Origin: Thauera sp.
Lineage (GTDB): Bacteria > Pseudomonadota > Gammaproteobacteria > Burkholderiales > Rhodocyclaceae
Reading direction: 5' to 3'
Assembly: GCA_034675825.1 (NCBI GenBank)
Contig: JAUCCW010000002.1
Span: 3,334,205-3,398,204 of the forward strand
DNA: 64,000 nucleotides
Of the stretch, positions 49,366-60,000 are shown one piece after another; position 1 is the first letter of the stretch, and each line of letters starts with the position of its first letter. The position numbers and the translations under genes are program-made. The notes beneath the pieces are model-generated. The model searched no databases. It saw only the letters and a program-made list of their open reading frames with translations, and had not been told where the DNA came from.

Positions 49366-50316
49366 ATGAATATGCCGGTTGCCGCAAGGCCCTTGCTGGA
49401 CTGCGTTTGCGATTCTGTGGTGCGTGTCACCGCACAGCAGCTTGGTGAGCCTTTTGAACATTACGCGGTCAATCTCGTCAAAGTTTCGAACCTGACCATT
49501 TACCGCATCGAGAGCGATCCGGTCGCCGTCTTCAGGTTGCCGGAGGATATCCTTGCCGACCGTATTTTCGACGTGTTGTTGCATGTCCAGTTGGAGGGTA
49601 CGGCGGAAATCACCCAGGAGGGGAAGCGCTTCATCCTCAAGGAAAATGCTCTGGCGATCGTGCCGGGCGGCGTTCCCTACAGCGTGAATTACCCTGAAAG
49701 GGGGCGCAAGATTATTCTGCGCATTCCCTATCGTGTCTTCCACGAGCGCTTGCTCGGACGAGAAGTGGGCGATTTCGGTGCAATGACATTCGGCAGTGAC
49801 GGATTGGTGCCCGTCGTTATTTCGCTGATCAAGTCGCTAATACTGGAAGAGAAATCTCGGCTTACAGACATCGATCAGTTCACCTTGGCAGAAAGTCTTC
49901 TGTTGCTGATCGGATCCGTGATTCGCTCGCGCAGGAGATCGAGTGTCGGGGAACGCGACAGGAATCAAGGGGCCCGGTTGTGCCGGATCCTGTCCTATAT
50001 CGAAGAGAACTTCTCCGACCATCAGTTGACGCCGACACGCATCGCCGAGGCCAACTTCGTTTCCGTCCGCCATCTGCATGGACTGTTCCAGCAATGCGGC
50101 ACATCGGTGAGCAAATGGATATGGAACCGCAGGCTCCAGGCCGGGCGCGAGGATCTCCTTGATCCCGACAAGGCGTCCAGGACTGTTTGTGAGATCGCCT
50201 ACAGCCGTGGTTTCAACGATTCCGCGCATTTCAGCCGGACGTTCAAGGAGCGCTTTGGCATCTCGCCGGGGCAACTCAAGTCCAAGGCCTTTAGCGGAAC
50301 TCTGATCGAGAGCTGA
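49366..50316 (+). CDS. AraC family transcriptional regulator (FeaR-like N-terminal domain)
   Basis: C-terminal double HTH: VSVRHLHGLF...RRLQAGREDL...IAYSRGFNDSAHFSRTFKERFGISP. Confidence 0.92.
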   Translation: MNMPVAARPLLDCVCDSVVRVTAQQLGEPFEHYAVNLVKVSNLTIYRIESDPVAVFRLPEDILADRIFDVLLHVQLEGTAEITQEGKRFILKENALAIVPGGVPYSVNYPERGRKIILRIPYRVFHERLLGREVGDFGAMTFGSDGLVPVVISLIKSLILEEKSRLTDIDQFTLAESLLLLIGSVIRSRRRSSVGERDRNQGARLCRILSYIEENFSDHQLTPTRIAEANFVSVRHLHGLFQQCGTSVSKWIWNRRLQAGREDLLDPDKASRTVCEIAYSRGFNDSAHFSRTFKERFGISPGQLKSKAFSGTLIES

Positions 50317-50390
50317 TGCTGGGTGCCCTTCCAGCCGATGTCTGGAAGCTCCACGTCGGCGTCGCCTGCTTATTCAAGGAGCATGCCGTC

Positions 50391-51137
50391 ATGCCACAGA
50401 AACTGTCCAGGAAGGTCGCCGTTGTCACCGGGGCTTCCCAGGGAATAGGCGCAGAGATCGCCAGGTGCCTCGCTGGGGCCGGGGCCGCTGTCGTAGTGAA
50501 CTACAACTCTCGCCGCGACGGCGCGGATCGCGTGGTCGCGGCAATTACCGCCGCCGGCGGCAGTGCGGTCGCCATTCAGGCCGATGTTTCGGATTCGCGG
50601 CAGGTGGAGCGGATGTTCGCGGAAAGCGTCCAAATCTTCGGGCCGATAGACATCCTTGTGAACAATGCAGGCGTTGTCGACGCCGCGCCGCTTGGCTCAA
50701 TTACACCCCAGCATTTCCACCGCCTGTTCGAGACCAACGTTCTGGGTTTGATCCTGGTCACCCAGGAGGCCGTCAAGCATTTTCGGCCTGAGGGCGGCAG
50801 CATCATCAATACCAGTTCCGATGTGAGCACCGTTGCGCCGCACGGTATGGGGGTCTATAGCGCGACCAAGTCTGCCGTCAACAGTCTGACCCGGACGTTC
50901 TCGAAGGAACTGGGAGCGCGCAACATCCGCGTGAACGCCATCAATCCCGGCCCGACTGAGACCGAAGGCGCCCACGCCCGCGGCTCGATCGAGCAGTTCC
51001 GGGAACTGGGGAAGCAACGCGCCCTGAAGCGGATTGGCCGCCCCGAAGATATCGCGCCCCTCGTGGCATTTCTCGCTTCTGACGATGCCTCTTGGATGAG
51101 CGGAGAAGCGTATTACATCACAGGGGGACTCTGCTGA
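50391..51137 (+). CDS. short-chain dehydrogenase/reductase
   Basis: TGASQGIG, NNAG, YSATK, IRVNAINPG. Confidence 0.95.
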   Translation: MPQKLSRKVAVVTGASQGIGAEIARCLAGAGAAVVVNYNSRRDGADRVVAAITAAGGSAVAIQADVSDSRQVERMFAESVQIFGPIDILVNNAGVVDAAPLGSITPQHFHRLFETNVLGLILVTQEAVKHFRPEGGSIINTSSDVSTVAPHGMGVYSATKSAVNSLTRTFSKELGARNIRVNAINPGPTETEGAHARGSIEQFRELGKQRALKRIGRPEDIAPLVAFLASDDASWMSGEAYYITGGLC

Positions 51138-51191
51138 GCGAAAGCACTTGTGCAGGGGGCGGTCAGGTGTAGCGTCCGGCCCCTTGGGAAT

Positions 51192-51224
51192 CCCCCTCGC
51201 TGAGGGCCCGGCGCAGCGAGGGGG
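51192..51224. terminator. 11-bp inverted repeat between the convergent island operons
   Basis: CCCCCTCGCTG...CAGCGAGGGGG. Confidence 0.6.
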
Positions 51225-51233
51225 CGTCAAAGT

Positions 51234-52847
51234 TTATTCTTCAGTCAGTTTTCGCAGTGCCTCGAGGGTATCGACGTCGATGAAGATCGCCGGCGAATCG
51301 AACGGCACGCTTCGTACCTCCTGAGCGTATTGTTCGAGCAGGCCGCGTGCGCCGGTGTCGCCGGAAAGCGCCGCTATTTCGGCGAAATGGCGGCGTGGCC
51401 AGAGAACGGGATTGCCGCGTTGTCCCTCGTGTTCGGGCACCAGCACGGCCGGCCGTGCAGGATCGAACGCATCGATCATGCGGTCGATGTGAGTGGCCTG
51501 GATACCGGGCATGTCGGCGAGCAACACGATCACAGCCTCGGCGTCGCCGCGTAGCGCGCGCAGGCCGCAGCGTAGCGAGCTGGCCATGCCGTTAGTGTAG
51601 TCTGGGTTGTGGGTGAAGGAAACCGGCCGGCCTTCGAGTGCTGCCTCAATGTGCTCGGCTTCATGCCCGGTGACCACCATCACCTGGCAGGCGCGCGAGG
51701 CACAGGCCGCGTTGACGGCGCGCAGCACCAGCGACACGCCGTCAACGTGGCACAGCAGCTTGTTGCGGTCGCCCATGCGTGAGGAGCGTCCGGCCGCCAG
51801 CACCAGCGCGACGACGCGTGGTGGCGGTGGGGTCGCGGGCAGGGCCTCATCCTGTTCTTCCACTTCGCCCTCCTCCCGGCTGTGGATGAGCCCGCCGACA
51901 CCCAGTTTCATGATGTCATCGGGTGCGAGCAGCAGGCCGGCCAGCAGGCGCTGGAGCACGATATCGACGCCATTGCGGCTGCGCGAGCGAGCGCAGCCGG
52001 GCAGGTTGAACACCGGCACGCTGCCGATGCGCCCGGTCAGCAGCATGTTGCCCGGTTCCACCGGCATGCCGAAGTGCTCTATGCTGCCGCCAGCAGCAAC
52101 TATGGCTGCGGGCACGATGTCAGCGCGGTCCTTGCTGATCGTTGCTCCCATGACCAGAACCAGGTCGCAACCCGCCGCCAGCGTCTGCCGCAGGGTCTGG
52201 GCCACGGCCGCGCCGTCATGGGCACAGCGCAGCACGAGCGCGAGTGTGCTGCCCAGTCCTTCGAGCCGGCTGCGTGTTGCCTCCACGGTCATGTCGAGCA
52301 GGCGCTCCGTGGTACTCGGACTAATGCTCATGATCAGTGCCGCGCGGCAGGGCCGCAGTGGAGCCAGATGGAGCGGCGAGCGGGTTCCGATCTGCTCGCG
52401 CCAGGCCTCGATGGTGCGTGGTTCGACTGCGAACGGGATGATCTTGACGGTGGCGATGCGTTGGTTCCTGCGGACGCAGGCGTGTTGTGGCAGGGTGGCA
52501 AGGGTGATGTGTTCGCTGATCCGATTCAGGTTGTCAACGCATTCTTGGTCGACGACCAAGACACCGGACGCCTGCGCGTAAAGGTTGCAGCGCCCGGTAT
52601 AGGGCGGGCGGGCCGTGATGCCAGTAGTCGCGAGCAGGGCGGCGACGCTGCGGGCGGCGGCATCTTCGTCTAGGTCATAGGTAGCGAGCCGGGCGCCGAT
52701 GACGCGCTCAACGCCGGCGGCCTGGAGCGCGGCGACATCGGCCACCGACAGCATCCGGCCCTTTTTCAGTAGTAGGTTGGGCAGCTTCAACGTATGGGCG
52801 AGGCGCACGCCTTCGGCTTCCGCGCAGGGAAAGTCGCCGAAGATCAT
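51234..52847 (-). CDS. mocA: molybdopterin-binding domain fused to MocA-type molybdenum cofactor cytidylyltransferase
   Basis: N-terminal MoeA/MogA-like part (GMPVEPGNML, GLPG-like NLPGCARS) plus C-terminal LAAGRSSRMG..NKLL, LADMP, RGNPV, GDTGAR, DVDT. Confidence 0.85.
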   Translation of the reverse strand: MIFGDFPCAEAEGVRLAHTLKLPNLLLKKGRMLSVADVAALQAAGVERVIGARLATYDLDEDAAARSVAALLATTGITARPPYTGRCNLYAQASGVLVVDQECVDNLNRISEHITLATLPQHACVRRNQRIATVKIIPFAVEPRTIEAWREQIGTRSPLHLAPLRPCRAALIMSISPSTTERLLDMTVEATRSRLEGLGSTLALVLRCAHDGAAVAQTLRQTLAAGCDLVLVMGATISKDRADIVPAAIVAAGGSIEHFGMPVEPGNMLLTGRIGSVPVFNLPGCARSRSRNGVDIVLQRLLAGLLLAPDDIMKLGVGGLIHSREEGEVEEQDEALPATPPPPRVVALVLAAGRSSRMGDRNKLLCHVDGVSLVLRAVNAACASRACQVMVVTGHEAEHIEAALEGRPVSFTHNPDYTNGMASSLRCGLRALRGDAEAVIVLLADMPGIQATHIDRMIDAFDPARPAVLVPEHEGQRGNPVLWPRRHFAEIAALSGDTGARGLLEQYAQEVRSVPFDSPAIFIDVDTLEALRKLTEE

Positions 52848-53539
52848 CGCGCCGCTCCCTTGTAGCGCACGCGGATGATTTCGGCCAGGATGGCGACCGC
52901 GATTTCCGTTGGGAAGCGCCCGCCCAGATCCAGGCCGACAGGTGAATGGATGCGACCGAGTTGGGCTTCCAGTCCCAGTTCGCTCAGGCGGGCAAGGCGC
53001 TTCTTGTGCGTGAGGTTGCTGCCCAGCGCACCGATGTAGAAGGCCGGGCTGGCCAGTGCGGCGGCCAGTGCCGGATCGTCGAGCTTGGGGTCGTGGGTCA
53101 GGGTGACGACCGCGGTCTGCGCATCGGGGGTCAGTTGCGCCATTGCCTCATCGGGCCATTTGCCGATGATGGCGGTGGCGGGAAAACGTGTGGGGCTGGC
53201 GAAGGCGCTGCGCGGGTCGATGATCGTGACTTCGTAGCCAGCCATTGCCGCCATAGGTGCCAGGGCCTGGGTGATATGCACGGCGCCGACGATCACCAGA
53301 CGCGGTGCCGGCGCATAGATACGGGCAAAAATGTCGCCGGCCGCGCCGAGCGGTCCGCTTCGGCCGCTGACCCATAACTCCCGCAATGTGTTGCGTTGGG
53401 CGGCGTCCAGATCAAAATCGCCGGTCGCGTCATCGGCATCGAGCAACATCTGGGCACCGTCGGCGAGGCGCGTGACCACGGCCACTGGGCGCTTGGCTGC
53501 GCGCGCCTCCGTCAGTCGGGCGAGGAAGCTGGCTTTCAT
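52844..53539 (-). CDS. xdhC: XdhC family Moco chaperone, C-terminal part
   Basis: LVIVGAVHI, IIDPR, LTHDPKLD, FYIGALGS, PVGLDLG..TEIAVAI. Confidence 0.9.
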   Translation of the reverse strand: MKASFLARLTEARAAKRPVAVVTRLADGAQMLLDADDATGDFDLDAAQRNTLRELWVSGRSGPLGAAGDIFARIYAPAPRLVIVGAVHITQALAPMAAMAGYEVTIIDPRSAFASPTRFPATAIIGKWPDEAMAQLTPDAQTAVVTLTHDPKLDDPALAAALASPAFYIGALGSNLTHKKRLARLSELGLEAQLGRIHSPVGLDLGGRFPTEIAVAILAEIIRVRYKGAAR

Positions 53540-53859
53540 GCGACCCTCTCGACGTAGACCTGCACGCGCCCGCCGCAGGCGAGGCCGATTTCCCAGGCGC
53601 GCTCGTCGGAGACCCCGAATTCGAGCAGGCGCGGCTGGCCGTCGGCGATGGTCGCCAGCGCCTCCTCGATGATCGCACCCTCGATGCAGCCGCCGGACAC
53701 GGAGCCGACGAAGTCGCCGTCGCCGTTGACCGCGAGATGGCTGCCGACCGGGCGCGGAGAGGAGCCCCATGTGCGCACCACCGTCGCCAGCGCCACGCCT
53801 CGTTTGGTTTCATGCCAGGCGCTAGCCTGATTCAGAATATCGTCTAGTTCTGACGTCAT
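53536..53859 (-). CDS. XdhC/CoxI N-terminal domain protein
   Basis: LATVVRTWGSSPRPVG, GSVSGGCIE, GLACGG. Confidence 0.9.
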   Translation of the reverse strand: MTSELDDILNQASAWHETKRGVALATVVRTWGSSPRPVGSHLAVNGDGDFVGSVSGGCIEGAIIEEALATIADGQPRLLEFGVSDERAWEIGLACGGRVQVYVERVA

Positions 53860-53896
53860 GCCTTCTCTCCTTTCCGTTCGGGCCGGCGAGCCTGGT

Positions 53897-54868
53897 TCAG
53901 CCGCCGGTGGAGGCCATGATTCGGATGATCTGCTCCGGCCGCTCGCGAAATTCATGGCGCAGTGGTTTGCGGCCGAGGCCGTCGGCGAGCGCCGTCGCGA
54001 TGTCAGCGTCGGAACCGCCGCCGCGCAGCAGACTGCGAAAATCGACCGTGTCTTCCTGGCCGAGGCACAGATAGAGGATGCCGTCCACGGAGAGGCGGAC
54101 ACGGTTGCAGGTATCGCAGAAGTGCTGTGAGAGCGGGGTGATGAAACCGATCTGGAAGCGCCCGTCTGGGGATACGAGGTAGCGCGCAGGGCCGCCGCCG
54201 CTGACGACGCCGTCGATCAGCCCGAAACGTGCGCGCAGGCGCGCCTGGATGGGGCGCAGGTCGACATGGCCGGCGCCACGCCCGCTGTCGCCCAGCGGCA
54301 TCGTTTCGATCAGGCGCAGGATAAAACCGTTTCTCATGCAGTAGTGGACCATGGCGTCGAGGTCGTCTTCGGTCAGGTCTGGCAGCGCCACCATGTTGAT
54401 CTTGATCTGGGAGAAACCCTCGGCGCGTGCGGCGTCAAGCCCGGCCATAACCTGTGGCAGCACGTCGCGCTTGCTGATTGCCGCAACGCGGGCCGGGTTG
54501 AGTGAGTCGAGGCTTACGTTGAGCCGCGAGATGCCGTTGCGCCTGAGGGCCGCAGCATGGCTGGCAAGCTGCGTGCCGTTGGTGGACAAGGACAGATCTT
54601 CGACGCCGGGCAGGGCTGCGAGCCGGCCCGCCAGTTCCGGCAGGCCGGCTCGCAGCAGAGGTTCGCCTCCGGTGAGCCGCACCCGTTTCAGGCCGAGGCG
54701 GGCGAATATGGCGACGAGGCGCTCGATCTCGTCGAAGTCGAGCCAGTGCGTCGGTTCCTCGTAGCCCTTGAAGCCTTTGGGGATGCAGTACGCGCAACGC
54801 AGATCGCAGCGGTCTGTAACCGATAATCTGAGGTACTCGATGCGGCGTCCTGCGCTGTCGGTCAACAT
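53897..54868 (-). CDS. moaA: GTP 3',8-cyclase (Moco biosynthesis)
   Basis: YLRLSVTDRCDLRCAYC, LTGGEPLLR, NVSLDSL, FCDTCNRVRL...YLCL; SD AAGGAG. Confidence 0.95.
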   Translation of the reverse strand: MLTDSAGRRIEYLRLSVTDRCDLRCAYCIPKGFKGYEEPTHWLDFDEIERLVAIFARLGLKRVRLTGGEPLLRAGLPELAGRLAALPGVEDLSLSTNGTQLASHAAALRRNGISRLNVSLDSLNPARVAAISKRDVLPQVMAGLDAARAEGFSQIKINMVALPDLTEDDLDAMVHYCMRNGFILRLIETMPLGDSGRGAGHVDLRPIQARLRARFGLIDGVVSGGGPARYLVSPDGRFQIGFITPLSQHFCDTCNRVRLSVDGILYLCLGQEDTVDFRSLLRGGGSDADIATALADGLGRKPLRHEFRERPEQIIRIMASTGG

Positions 54869-54896
54869 GATTGTCTCCTTTGTCCGTCTTCGCGTC

Positions 54897-56075
54897 CTAG
54901 GCGCCGATCGCGCGTAGGGTTCCGGCCAACTGCGACAAGCTTTGTAGGCTGTGTGCAGGCAGGAGATGATCAAGGTACGGCAGCGCGCACTGCATGCCCT
55001 GCGTAAGTGGCTGGTAGCCCGGCGTGCCGAGTAGTGGGTTGAGCCACAGTACCTTTTGCGCGCGCTGGCGCAGTCTGGCCATCTCGCTGCGCATTTCTGC
55101 AGCATCGCCGCGGTCCCAGCCATCGCTGAGGAAGATCACTGCGGTCCGTCCCTTGAGTATGTGCGGTGCGTGGCGCTCGTTGAATTCGCGCAGGCTGCCG
55201 CCGATGTTGGTGCCACCGGCCCAGTCGTTGATCCTGTCCGCCACTTGCCGCAGTGACGCCGCGACGCCCCGGCTCCGCAGCAGGTCGGTAATCACCGTCA
55301 GGTGGGTTGAGAACACCGCGACTTCGAGGTCTGACAGTTCGCGGCGGAGGGCGTACATGAATTCGATGAGGAAGTTGCTGTAGCGCTGCATCGAGCCGCT
55401 GACATCGCACAGCAGCACCAGGCGAGTCTTGTTGATGCGACGGCTACGGTAGGGCAGGGGGCAGATGCCGTCGGCCAGGTAGATCGAGTGGCTGCGCAGC
55501 AGCCGGTGCAGGTCGGGGGTGCGGCCGTGGCGGTGAGAAACGTGGCGACGGCCGCGCTTGTTGGCCAGCGCGGCGACCATCTCGCGGATCAGGCGTTGTG
55601 CGCGTTCGATGTCGGCATCGGTGAGCGTGCCGAGGTCGCGCCTGGCGAGCACCTCTTCAGGGCTGTAGGATAGTTTGAGCGGCTTTTGCTCCTCGCCGTC
55701 GGCGCCGCCTTCATCGCTTGACAGCATCAGCCTGTTGCTGCGGCCGCTGTCGGCCGCATCGTTCTCGTCGTCCGAACCCTCCCGCCACCTGCGGATTGGC
55801 TCGCGTTTCGGCGATACCCAGTACTGTGCAAAAACGGCATCGAAACGCGGGATGTCTTCGCGTCGTGAGACCAGCGTGGCCCGCGCCGCAGCATGGAAAT
55901 CGTCGCGCTGCGAGATGTCGATGAAGTCGAAGCACTGGCAGAGGTCGATCAGATTGCCTGGATTGACCGCCAGCCCGGCTTCACGCAGGGCCCCGGAAAA
56001 GCCGACCACATGTTCGAGGAGGGTCGGTAGGTGAGGGAGGGCGGACGTTTCCATATCCGCATCCGGCCTGTTCAC
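54897..56075 (-). CDS. coxE: VWA-domain CoxE-like protein
   Basis: LCDVSGSM MIDAS, WAGGTNIG, IFLSDGWD, WLNPL. Confidence 0.9.
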   Translation of the reverse strand: MNRPDADMETSALPHLPTLLEHVVGFSGALREAGLAVNPGNLIDLCQCFDFIDISQRDDFHAAARATLVSRREDIPRFDAVFAQYWVSPKREPIRRWREGSDDENDAADSGRSNRLMLSSDEGGADGEEQKPLKLSYSPEEVLARRDLGTLTDADIERAQRLIREMVAALANKRGRRHVSHRHGRTPDLHRLLRSHSIYLADGICPLPYRSRRINKTRLVLLCDVSGSMQRYSNFLIEFMYALRRELSDLEVAVFSTHLTVITDLLRSRGVAASLRQVADRINDWAGGTNIGGSLREFNERHAPHILKGRTAVIFLSDGWDRGDAAEMRSEMARLRQRAQKVLWLNPLLGTPGYQPLTQGMQCALPYLDHLLPAHSLQSLSQLAGTLRAIGA

Positions 56076-57025
56076 GTGCAGAACTGCGCTGCGGTAGAAG
56101 GATCGTGGCCCGGCATCAAAGCCATTTCGACCAGGCCGTCAAGTCCGAGCTGGCGCAGTTTTTCACTGTCGCCCCGGTATTTGAGAATACAGCCGAGCGT
56201 TTCCTCAACGGCAGCCGTATTGAGTTCCGCAACGCGCAGGGCGAGCAGGGCACGCGCCCAGTCGATGGTTTCGGCGATTCCAGGTCGCTTGTAAAAATCA
56301 TGCTCGCGCAGCAGCTCCATGAAACGGCAGACCTGGCCGGCAAGGCGCAACTCGACCGCCGGCAGGTGTGCGCGCAGGATCGTGACCTCCCTGGCGAAGC
56401 TCGGATAATCGATCCAGTGGTAAAGGCAACGGCGCTTGAGGGCGTCGTGCACTTCGCGCGTGCGGTTTGAGGTGAGGATGACGAGGGGAATGTGGTGCGC
56501 GTGCAGCGTGCCGATTTCCGGAATGGTGATCTGGAAGTCGGACAGCACTTCGAGCATGAACGCTTCGAACTCCACGTCCGAGCGGTTGACCTCGTCGATC
56601 AGCAGCACCGGCGCTCGTGGGCCCTCGCTGCGCAGCGCCTTGAGCAGGGGGCGCTGGAGGAGGAATTCCTCGGAGAAGAGGTTGTGCCCGATCCGTGCCT
56701 GGTCGACACCGCGCGCTTCCTGCAGGCGCAGTTCCAGCAACTGGCGGGTGTAGTTCCATTCATAGAGCGCCGCGTTGCTGTCGAGGCCCTCGTAGCACTG
56801 CAGGCGGATCAGCTCGGTGTCGAGGGTGCGCGCCATGACCTTGGCAATTTCGGTCTTCCCTACACCCGGCTCGCCCTCGACGAACAGCGGTTTGCCGAGC
56901 ACCATCGAGAGGAACAGGGTCGTTGCCAGCGGGCGGTCGGCGATATAGCCCTGCGCGGCGAGGCGCTCCTGAATCTCGTCGATGGAACCGAAGCCCGGAA
57001 TTGCTTCCCTGCTCTTGTCAATCAT
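56072..57025 (-). CDS. coxD: MoxR family AAA+ ATPase (CoxD-like)
   Basis: EGEPGVGKTE, RLQCYEG, LLIDEV, TSNRTREVHDALKRRC. Confidence 0.92.
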   Translation of the reverse strand: MIDKSREAIPGFGSIDEIQERLAAQGYIADRPLATTLFLSMVLGKPLFVEGEPGVGKTEIAKVMARTLDTELIRLQCYEGLDSNAALYEWNYTRQLLELRLQEARGVDQARIGHNLFSEEFLLQRPLLKALRSEGPRAPVLLIDEVNRSDVEFEAFMLEVLSDFQITIPEIGTLHAHHIPLVILTSNRTREVHDALKRRCLYHWIDYPSFAREVTILRAHLPAVELRLAGQVCRFMELLREHDFYKRPGIAETIDWARALLALRVAELNTAAVEETLGCILKYRGDSEKLRQLGLDGLVEMALMPGHDPSTAAQFCT

Positions 57026-57045
57026 GGCGCGTGTGGCTCCTCGAC

Positions 57046-60000
57046 TCAGTCGATGCGGGATACCACGTTTACCGCCGTCACCCGATCCGCGCGCTTGACC
57101 GCGTCGTAGAGGGCGTTGGGCGAGTTGAAGGACTGGCGAATGATCACGTTCTCGCCGAACAGGGCGTCCTGGATCGCAGCCGAAACCGTGTGCAGCGGCG
57201 CGCCGCCGCCTTCGCCCATGCCTTTCGCGCCGTTGTAGCTAAATGGCGAGGGTGTTTCGATGTCGTCGAATAGCAGGTCGGGCATGCCCATCGAGGTGAT
57301 CGGCGCATAGTCGGTAAAGGTGCTGGTCAGCAGGTTGCCATCCTTATCGTAGATGTGGGCTTCCGTCAGTGCGGAACCGATGCCGTGCGCCACTGCGCCA
57401 TGTACCTGGCCGGCGACGATCTTCGGATTGATCACCGAGCCGCAGTCGTCGATCGCGGCATAGCTGAGGATCTTCGGGACGTAGGTCAGGCGGTCCACCT
57501 CGATGACCGCGATGTGTAGTTGGGAGGCGTAGGTCAGTGTCAGGTTGCCCATCTTTTTGTTGACGTCCGGAATCTCGAACGGCGGGCGGTAGACATGACG
57601 GATGTTCAGCGTGATGTCGGCAAGGGTTGACGGCTGGCTGGCGGTGTTGATGTTGACCATCGACGACAGCGCCCAGTAGTTGATGCCGCGCTCGGTGCCC
57701 TTGACGCGCAGTTCCGGACCTTGCTGGCCGACGGTGAATTCGAGATCGTCCTCATTGGCCTCCAGAGCGAAGGCCGCCAGCATCCTCATCTCGCGCTTGA
57801 GTTTCTGGCAGGCGCCATACACCGCCGAGAGGCCGGTCACGGCGAATTGGCTGGCGTAGGAGCCAGAGTGACCGCTGTGGCTGTTGGCGGCGGTGTCGAA
57901 TCCGGTGCGCACCTCGACCATGTCGGGGCGGATGCCGAGCTCGTCGGCCACCACCTGCGCGGTCGTTGTCTCGTGCCCCTGGCCTGATGGCGTGCTGCCG
58001 AGCGTGACGACGACGGTGCCATCAATGTCGAGCTTGATCGTCGCTACCTCCGAGTTGCCGGAGAACGGCAGGTGGGGATTGACGATGCGTGCCTGGCCGA
58101 AATTGTTGGTGCCGGAGTCGAGCGTAGTGCCGATGCCGATACCCAGCCAGCGCCCTTCGGCGCGCGCCTCAGCCTGCTTCTTCTTCCATTCGTCCCAGCC
58201 GATCAGTGCCTTCGCCTTCTGAAGCATCAGCGGGTAGTCACCCGAGTCGTAGACGCAGCCGTTGGGCGTCGTGTACGGGAACTCGCGGACGTAGTTGCGC
58301 AGGCGCATCTCGTCGCTTGGAATATTCAGCGAGTGGGCGCAGATGTCGATGACGCGCTCCATAAACCACAGGTGTTGCAGGCGTGAGTAGCCGCGGTTGG
58401 GCGAGGCCGGCCCTTTGTTGGTGACGACCTGGTTGAAATCGATGCGCAGATTGCGCACCTTGTAGCAAGCTGGCAGCACCTGCGACCAGATTACGCAGCC
58501 GAGCGGCTCGTAGCGCGGATAGGCGCCGCAGTCGTCGATGTGGCGGGAGCGCACGGCGGTGATCACGCCCTCCTTGTCGAGTGCCACTTCGGTATCCAGG
58601 AAGGTACGTTCGCCACCGTGGCCACCGGCCAGCATGTGTTCGTTGCGCATCTCCACCCACTTCACCGACCGGCCGCCGCATTTCTTCGAGGCCAGCGCGG
58701 CGAGCGCCATGTAGGGGTAGTTGCCGATCTTGACGCCAAAGCTGCCGCCGATATCCTGCGTCTTGCAGCGGATCTGGTCGATGCTCAGGCCCAACGCGGG
58801 CGCGATCATCTGGATGGCGATGGCGGGAAAGGAGTTGTTGCAGAAGAGGTCCACGCCGCCGGTGGGGTGCCAGGCGGCTACCACGGCGTGCGTCTCCAGC
58901 GGCGTGCTGGCGGTGCGGTGGAAATCCATCTGATCAATCTTGACTACGTGCGCCGCCTCGGCAAAAGCGTTCTCGATGTCGCCGAATTCGTAGAGTCCTT
59001 GCCAATGGTGGTTGGTCCCCATGCCGGGGTGAAGGACAGCCCTGTCTTCGAGCGCCGACTTCCAGTCGGTGGCGACTGGCAGTGCTTCGTACTCAACGTC
59101 GACAAGCTGGGCTGCATCGGCGGCGATGCGCGGATTCTCGGCGATCACGGCAACCACTGGTTCGCCCTGGTAGATCGCTTTTTCCACAGCCAGCGAAAAG
59201 TCGCGAATATTCTGTGCCGTGCCGGGGCCGATCTGCATGAACGGATTGCACACGGCGGCGATTTCCGCGCCGGTGAGCGTGCACACCACTCCGGGGAGGG
59301 CTTCCGCGTGGGTAGTGTTGACTCGCAGGATACGGGCATGTGCGTAGGGCGAGCGCACCAAGCTCATGTGCAGCATGCCCTCGACCTTATAGTCGTCAAC
59401 GAACAGCCCCTGGCCGCGGATCAGGCGGCCGTCTTCCTTTCGCGAAAGGGCGGCGTGCACCCATTTGTCGCTGGCCTGGCGATCGACGATGCCAGAGAAA
59501 TCCTTGTTGCGGCCGATCGATTTCAGCGGTGTTCTGACTTTCAGCGTCTGGTCAGCCTTCCCGGTACCGGTCCAGCCCATGGTGAGCTCTGCGACGATCG
59601 TTGTGGCGCTTTCCGACGTTATGTCGGCGGCCTCGGGGATGCGTGCCAGCCCCAGCAGGCGCATCATGCGCAGCAGCAAACCCGCGCTCTTCAGCGCCGG
59701 CGGCTCGGCCTTGTGGCCTTGCGGCGACATGGCCTGCTGCAGACTGGTGATTACAGCGTTGATCTGCTGCTCGGCGTAGCCCTGCATACCGCCGCCGGCT
59801 AGGGAGAGAATCTTGCCGACGAGCAGGACTTCCCCTTTCCACTTGACAAGCGTGCCGCTGCCTTTCGGCTCTAGGTCGAAGGAGGTGGTCATAGTATAGG
59901 CACCGCCCATCACCTTGCCGGTGCCGACATAGGTCGCGTGTGTGGGCTCCGTCTTGTTCTGCAGAGTGAGTTGGGTCGAGGCCGTGCCGCGGATCTTCCC

